Assembly: GCA_964016885.1 (NCBI GenBank) | Contig: OZ024744.1 | Coordinates: forward strand, 45,818,001 to 45,882,000 | Direction: 5' to 3' | DNA from: Eledone cirrhosa | Taxonomy: Eukaryota | Length of the DNA stretch: 64,000 nucleotides | Shown: in pieces, positions 55,901-64,000 of the stretch | Layout: the number at the start of each line of letters is the position of its first letter | How positions within the stretch are numbered: position 1 is the first letter of the stretch | Position numbers and translations under genes: made by a program | Notes under the pieces: generated by a model | What the model was told of the DNA's origin: nothing | The model's database searches: none | The model's input: only the letters and a program-made list of their open reading frames with translations

Positions 55901-58900
55901 TTTTTATTAAAGCATATAGATGTAAGTGGAGTTACCTAAATGAAATTATTATTATTTTATTTTATTAAAGCATATAGATGTAAGTGGAGGGTGTTACTTA
56001 AATGAAATTTTTTTTTATCATGCGTTTTTTATTTATCTTTTTATAAAAGCATATATTTGTAAGTGGAGTTACTTAAATAAAAAAAATTTTCACGCATTTT
56101 TCAATTTTTATTTTTATTTATTTTTATTTTTTTTAATGTTTTTATTTTTTTTTTTTTATTTTATTTTTTTTTTTTTATTTTTTTTTTTTATTAAAGCATA
56201 TAGATGTAAGTGGAGTTCAAGGAAATTATTTTTTTTTTATTACAGCATATAGATGTAAGTGGAGTTACTTAAATTAATATTTTTTATTTTTGTTTACTTA
56301 TTTTTTATTTTTTATTTTTTCTTAAAGCATAAAGATGTAAGTGGGGTTACTTAAATGAAATTATTTTATTTTTTTCACGCGTTTTTATTCTTTTATTTTT
56401 CCATTAAAGCATATAGATGTAAGTGGAGTTACTTAAATGAAATTTTTTTACTTTCTTTCACGAGTTTTTTAGTTTTTTATTAAAGCATATAGATGTAAAT
56501 GGAGTTACTTAAATGAAATTTTTTCATTTTTTTTCAAGCGTTTTTTATTTTTTTATTTTTTTATTAAAGCATATAGATGTAAGTGGAGTTACTTTTGGCA
56601 GAATCGGTAGAGGCTCGAACGCCATGCTTTGCAGCATAGAGTTCAAATCTGATCTGAGTTAAAATCTGATCTGAGTTCAAATCCCGCCGAGGTTAACTTT
56701 GCCTTTCATTTTTACGGGGTCGATAAAATAAAGTACCAGTAATCTACTGAGTAAATTATTGGCCTTGTGCCTAACGTAGAAACAATTATTATTTTTTTTA
56801 TTAAAGCATATAGAGATAAGTGGAGTTAGTTAAATGAAATTATTTTTTTAAATATTATTGAAACATATAGAGGTAAGGTGAGTTACTTAATTGAATTTTT
56901 TTATTTTTTTCACGGGTTTTTATTTTTTTATTTTTTTATTAAAGCATATAGATGTAAGTGGAGTTACTTAAATGAAATTATTATTTTTTTCTTTTATTAA
57001 AGCATATAGATGTAAGTGGACATACTTAAATGAATTTATTTTTTTTCAAGCGTTTATTATTTTTTATTTTTTTATTAAAGCATATAGATGTAAGTGTAGT
57101 TACTTTTGGCAGAATCGGTAGAGGGTCGAACGCATATGCTTTGCAGCATAGAGATCAAATCTGATCTGAGTTCAAATCCCGCCGAGGTTAACTTTGCCTT
57201 TCATTTTTACGGGGTCCATAAAATAAAATACCAGTAATCTGCTGGCTAATTATTGGCCTTATGCCTAACGTAGAAACAATTATTATTTTTTTTTGTTAAA
57301 GCATATAGAGGTAATTGGAGTTAGTTAAATGAAATTATTTTTTTTATTATTATTGAAGAATATAGATGTAAGGTGAGTGACTTAATTGAAATTTAATATT
57401 TTTTTCACGGGTTTTTATTTTTTTATTTTTTTATTAAAGCATATAGATGGAGTTAGTTAAATGAAGTTATTTTTTTTAAATTAAAGTATTAGATGTAAGT
57501 GGAGTTAAATGAAATTATTATTTTTTTTATTAAAGCATATAGATGTAAGTGGAGTTACTTAAATGTAATTATTATTTTTTTTTTTATTAAAGCATATAGA
57601 TGTAAGTGAACTTAAATGAAATTTTTTTTTTTTTTCACGCGTTTTTCATTTTTTTCTCTTTTTCTTAAAAAGGCATATAGATGTAAGTGGAGTTACTTAA
57701 ATGAATTTTTTTTATTTTTGTTTATTCGTTTTTTATTTTTTATTTTTTATTAAAGCATATAGATGTAAATGGAGTTACTTAAAAGAAATTTCTTTTTTCT
57801 AGCGTTTTTTATTTTTTTATTTTTTTATTAAAGCATCTAGATGTAAGTGGAGTTACTTTTGGCAGAATCGGTAGAGGCTCGAACGCCATGCTTTGCAGCA
57901 TAGAGTTCAAATCTGATCTGAGTTAAAATCTGATCTGAGTTCAAATCCCGCCGAGGTTAACTTTGCCTTTCATTTTTACGGGGTCGATAAAATAAAGTAC
58001 CAGTAATCTACTGAGTAAATTATTGGCCTTGTGCCTAACGTAGAAACAATTATTATTTTTTTATTAAAGCATATAGAGATAAGTGGAGTTAGTTAAATGA
58101 AATTATTTTTTTTAATATTATTGAAGCATATAGATGTAAGGTGAGTTACTTAATTGAATTTTTTTATTTTTTTCACGGGTTTTTATTTTTTTATTTTTTT
58201 ATTAAAGCATATAGATGTAAGTGGAGTTACTTAAATGAAATTATTATTTTTTTCTTTTATTAAAGCATTTAGATGTAAGTGGACATACTTAAATGAATTT
58301 TTTTTTTTTTCACGCGTTTTTTATTTTTTTAATTTTTCTTAAAAAAGCATATAGATGTAAGTGGAGTTACTTAAATGAAAGTATTTTTTTTTTATTACAG
58401 CATATAGATGTAAGTGGAGTTACTTAAATGAATTTTTTTTATTTTTGTCTACTCGTTTTTTATTTTTTATTTTTTATTTTTTATTTTTTATTAAAGCTTA
58501 TAGATGTAAGTGGAGTTACTTAAAAGAAATTTCGTTTTTCTAGCGTTTTTTATTTTTTTAAAGTATATATATATAAGTGGAGTTACTTAAATGAAAATGT
58601 TTTGTTTTTTTCACGCGTTTTTTATTTTTTTATTTTTTATTAAAGCATATAGATGGAGTTAGTTAAATGAAATTATTTTTTTTTTCTTAAAGTATATAGC
58701 TGTAAGTAGAGTTACTTAAAAGAAATTAGTATTTCTTTTTTATTAAAGAATATAGATGTGAGTGGAGTTATTTAAATGAAATTATTTTTTTTTATTACAG
58801 CATATATTAAGTGGAGTTACTTAAATGAATTTTTTTTATTTTTGTTTATTCGTTTTTTAATTTTTTATTTTTTATTAAAGCATATAGATGTAAGTGGAGT

Positions 58901-61900
58901 TACTTAAAAGAAATTTCTTTTTTCTAGCGTTTTTTATTTTTTTAAGTATATATATATAAGTGGAGTTACTTAAATGAAAATGTTTTATTTTTTTCACGCG
59001 TTTTTTATTTTTTTATTTTTTTATTAAAGCTTATAGATGTAGGTGGAGTTACTTAAATGAAATTATTATTTTTTTTTTAATAAAGCATATAAATGTAAGT
59101 GGAGTTACTTAAATGAAATTATTAGTTTTTTTATTTTATTAAAGCATATAGATGTAAGTGGAGTTAGTTGAATGGAATTTTTTTTTTCAGCGTTTTTTAT
59201 TTTTTTATTAAAGCATATAGATATAAGTGGAGTTATTTAAATGAAATTTTTTTATTTTTTTATTTATTAAACCATATAGATGTGAGTGGAGTTACTTAAA
59301 TGAATTTGTTTTATTTTACGCATTTTTTTTTTTTTTTTTTTTTTTTCATTAAAGCTGTAAGTGGAGTTACTTAAATAAAAATTTTTTACATTTTGTCACC
59401 AGTTTTTTAGTTTTTAATTTAAGAATGTAGATGTAAGTGGAGTTACTTAAATGAAATTTTTTTACTTTCTTTCACGAGTTTTTTTAGTTTTTTTATTAAA
59501 GCATATAGATGTAAATGGAGTTACTTAAATGAAATTTTTTCATTTTTTTTCAAGCGTTTATTATTTTTTATTTTTTTATTAAAGCATATAGATGTAAGTG
59601 TAGTTACTTTTGGCAGAATCGGTAGAGGGTCGAACGCATATGCTTTGCAGCATAGAGATCAAATCTGATCTGAGTTCAAATCCCGCCGAGGTTAACTTTG
59701 CCTTTCATTTTTACGTGGTCCATAAAATAAAATACCAGTAATCTGCTGGCTAATTATTGGCCTTATGCCTAACGTAGAAACAATTATTATTTTTTTTTGT
59801 TAAAGCATATAGAGGTAATTGGAGTTAGTTAAATGAAATTATTTTTTTTATTATTATTGAAGCATATAGATGTAAGGTGAGTGACTTAATTGAAATTTAA
59901 TATTTTTTTCACGGGTTTTTATTTTTCTATTTTTTTATTAAAGCATATAGATGGAGTTAGTTAAATGAAGTTATTTTTTTTAAATTAAAGTATTAGATGT
60001 AAGTGGAGTTAAATGAAATTATTATTTTTTTTTATTAAAGCATATAGATGTAAGTGGAGTTACTTAAATGTAATTATTATTTTTTTTTATTAAAGCATAT
60101 AGATGTAAGTGAACTTAGTTAAATGAAATTTTTTTTTTTTTTCACGCGTTTTTTATTTTTTTCTCTTTTTCTTAAAAAAGCATATAGATGTAAGTGGAGT
60201 TACTTAAATGAAAGTGTTTTTTTTTTATTAAAGCATATAGATGTAAGTGCAGTTACTTAAATGAAATTATATATTTATTGTTTTTATTAAAGTATATAGA
60301 TGTAAGTGGAGTTACCTAAATGAAATTATTATTATTTTATTTTATTAAAGCATATAGATGTAAGTGGAGGGTGTTACTTAAATGAAATTTTTTTTATCAT
60401 GCGTTTTTTATTTATTTATCTTTTTATAAAAGCATATAGTTGTAAGTGGAGTTACTTAAATAAAAAAAATTTTCACGCATTTTTCAATTTTTATTTTTAT
60501 TTATTTTTATTATATTTATGTTTTTATTTTTTTTATTTTTTTTATTTATTTTTTTTTTTTTTATTAAAGCATATAGATGTAGGTGGAGTTCAAGGAAATT
60601 ATTTTTTTTTATTACAGCATATAGATGTAAGTGGAGTTACTTAAATTAATATTTTTTATTTTTGTTTACTTATTTTTTATGTTTTATTTTTTCTTAAAGC
60701 ATAAAGATGTAAGGGGGTTACTTAAATGAAATTTTTTCTATTTTTTCACGCGTTTTTATTTTTTTATTTTTCCATTAAAGCATATAGATGTAAGTGGAGT
60801 TACTTAAAATAAATTACTTTTTTCTAGCGTTTTTTATTTTTTTTAAGTATATATATATAAGTGTAGATATTAAGTGAAAATGTTTTATTTTTTTCACGCG
60901 TTTCTTATTTTTTTTTTTTTTTCTTAAATTATATAGATGTAGGTGGAGTAATTTAAATGAAATTATTATTTATTTTTTTAATAAAGCATTTAAATGTAAG
61001 TAGAGTTACTTAAATGAAATTATTAGTTTTTTATTTTATTAAAGCATATAGATGTAAGTGGAGTTACTTAAATGAAATTATTTTATTTTTTTCACGCGTT
61101 TTTTATTAAAGCATATAGATGTAAATGTAGTTACTTAAATGAAATTATTTTATTTTTTTATTTATTAAAGCATATAGATGTAAGTGGAGTTACTTAAATG
61201 AATTTTCTTTTTCACGCGTTTTTTATTTTTTTAAGTTTTTATTTTTTTGTTTTTTTATTAAACCATATGGATGTAAGTGGAGTTACTTAAATAAAGTTAT
61301 TTGTTTTTGTTCACGCGTTTTTTATTTTTTTATTAAAGCATATCGATGAAAGTGGAGTTACTTAAATGAATTTATTTTTTTCATTAAAAATATAGATGTA
61401 AGTGGAGTTACTTAATTGAAATTAATTAATTTTTTTATTTATTAAATCATATAGATGTAAGTGGAGTTACTTAAATGAAATTATAATTTTTTTATTTTAT
61501 TAAAGCATATAGATGTAAGTGAACTTAAATGAAATTTTTTTTTTTTCACGCGTGTTTATTTATTTTTTTTCATTAAAGCATATAGATGTAAGTAGAGTTA
61601 CTTAAGAGAAATATCTTTTTTCTAGCGTTTTTTATTTTTTTAAAGTATATATATATGAATGGAGTTACTTAAATGAAAATGTTTTATTTTTTTGACGCGT
61701 TTTTTTTTTTTTCTTAAATTATATAGAGGAAATTATTATTTATTACTTAAATGAAATTATTATTTTTTTTTTATTAAAGCATATAAATGTAAGTGGAGTT
61801 ACTTAAATGAAATTATTAGTTTTTTTTTCATTAAAGCAGATAGATGTAAGTGGAGTTACTTAAATGAAGTTATTATTTTTTTTATTTTCTTATGCGGAGC

Positions 61901-64000
61901 GAACTTACTTAAATGAAATTTTTTTTTTTTTCACGCGTTTTTATTTTTTTATTTTTTAATTAAAGCATATAGATGTAAGTTGAGTTAGTTAAATGAAATT
62001 ATTTCATTTTTTTTCACCCGTTTTTTAATAAAGCATATATATGTAACTGTAGTTACTTAAATGAAATTATTTTTTTTTTATTTATTAAAAAATATAGATG
62101 TAAGTGGATTTACTTAAATGAAATTATTTTTTTTTTCACGCGTTTTTTATTTTTTTATTTTTTTATTATAGCATATAGATGTAAGTGGAGTTACATAAAT
62201 GAAATTATTTTTTTTTTCACGCGTTTTTTATTTTTTTTTAAAGAAAATCGATGTAGGCGGAGTTACTTAAATGAATTTTTTTTTTCATTAAAGCATATAG
62301 ATGGAAGTGGAGTTACTTAAATGAAATTAATTAATTTTTTTATTTATTAAAGCATATAGATGTAAGTGGAGTTATTTAAATGAAATTATTATTTTTTTTT
62401 TATTAAAACATATAGATGTGAGTGGACTTACTTAAATTAAATTTTTCTTTTCTTCACGCTTTTTTATTTTTTTATTTTTTTATTTTTTTATTTTTTTATT
62501 TTTTTATTTTTTCATTAAAGCATATAGATGTAAGTGGAGTTACTTAGAAGAAATATATTTTTTTTAGCGTTTTTTATTTTTTTAAAGGATATATATATAA
62601 ATGGAGTTACTTAAATGAAAATGTTTTATTTTTTTCACACGTTTTTTTTTTTCTTAAATTATATAGATGTAGCTGGAGTTACTTAAATGAAATTATTATT
62701 ATTTTATTTTAGTAAAGCATATAGATGTAAGTGGAGGGTGTTACTTAAATGAAATTTTTTTTTATCATGCGTTTTTTATTTATTTATCTTTTTATAAAAG
62801 CATATAGTTGTAAGTGGAGTTACTTAAATAAAAAAAATTTTCACGCATTTTTCAATTTTTATTTTATTTATTTTTATTTTTTTTATGTTTTTATTTTTAT
62901 TTTTTTTTACTTTATTTTTTTTTTTTAATTATTTTTTTTATTAATGCATATAGATGTAAGTGGAGTTCAAGGAAATTATTTTTTTTTATTACAGCATATT
63001 GATGTAAGTGGAGTTACTTAAATTAATATTTTTTATTTTTGTTTACTTATTTTTTATTTTTTATTTTTTCTTAAAGCATAAAGATGTAAGTGGGGTTACT
63101 TAAATGAAATTATTTTATTTTTTTCACGCGTTTTTATTCTTTTATTTTTCCATTAAAGCATATAGATGTAAGTGGAGTTACTTAAATGAAATTTTTTTAC
63201 TTTCTTTCACGAGTTTTTTAGTTTTTTATTAAAGCATATAGATGTAAATGGAGTTACTCAAATGAAATTTTTTCATTTTTTTTCAAACGTTTTTTATTTT
63301 TTTATTTTTTTATTAAAGCATATAGATGTAAGTGGAGTTACTTTTGGCAGAATCGGTAGACGCTCGAACGCCATGCTTTGCAGCATAGAGTTCAAATCTG
63401 ATCTGAGTTAAAATCTGATCTGAGTTCAAATCCCGCCGAGGTTAACTTTGCCTTTCATTTTTACGGGGTCGATAAAATAAAGTACCAGTAATCTACTGAG
63501 TAAATTATTGGCCTTGTGCCTAACGTAGAAACAATTATTATTTTTTTTATTAAAGCATATAGAGATAAGTGGAGTTAGTTAAATGAAATTATTTTTTTAA
63601 ATATTATTGAAGCATATAGATGTAAGGTGAGTTACTTAATTGAATTTTTTTATTTTTTTCACGGGTTTTTATTTTTTTATTTTTTTATTAGAGCATATAG
63701 ATGTAAGTGGATTTACTTAAATGAAATTATTATTTTTTTCTTTTATTAAAGCATATAGATGTAAGTGGACATACTTAAATGAATTTTTTTTTTTTTTCAC
63801 GCGTTTTTTATTTTTCTAATTTTTCTTAAAAAAGCATATAGATGTAAGTGGAGTTACTTAAATGAAAGTATTTTTTTTTTATTACAGCATATAGATGTAA
63901 GTGGAGTTACTTAAATGAATTTTTTTTATTTTTGTCTACTCGTTTTTTATTTTTTATTTTTTATTTTTTCTTAAAACATATAGATGTAAGTGGAGTTACT
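52955..64000 (+). repeat. Satellite: ~39-bp conserved core plus variable T-rich linkers (unit ~55-90 bp), with 7 embedded SINE copies
   Basis: ttaaagcatatagatgtaagtggagttacttaaatgaaa repeats well over 100 times. SINEs at ~53488, 55234, 56596, 57107, 57860, 59611 and 63346. Confidence 0.97.

Noticed and set aside
52955-64000. CRISPR-like alternation of a constant repeat and variable spacers
   Set aside because: Spacers are low-complexity T-runs that recur, the repeats are degenerate, there are no cas genes, and the context is eukaryotic.

Overview
Eukaryotic, very AT-rich, repeat-only window with no intact host gene. The SINE family and (TA)n/(TG)n load suggest a cephalopod (octopus-like) genome; this is inference. 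1-17 kb is a nest of Penelope-like element (PLE, Naiad-type) fragments inserted in (TA)n tracts. They carry many type I hammerhead ribozymes (HHRs), often as inverted pairs. A small island at 6-8.4 kb holds an SGNH-hydrolase pseudogene, a BACK-like ORF and a foldback. 17.4-38.5 kb is a near-homogeneous higher-order array with 26 copies of a ~560-bp non-coding monomer. Each monomer carries an atypical HHR (long stem II insert, palindromic stem III), making it a candidate retrozyme/circular-RNA locus; this is the main finding. 38.5-45.4 kb is a Helitron cluster with a Merlin-like insertion. 46-52.5 kb holds RLE-type non-LTR and Gypsy relics. 53-64 kb is a SINE-punctuated satellite whose core also occurs inside the Merlin-like element. 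All folds and family calls were made by eye; coordinates are approximate to a few bases.
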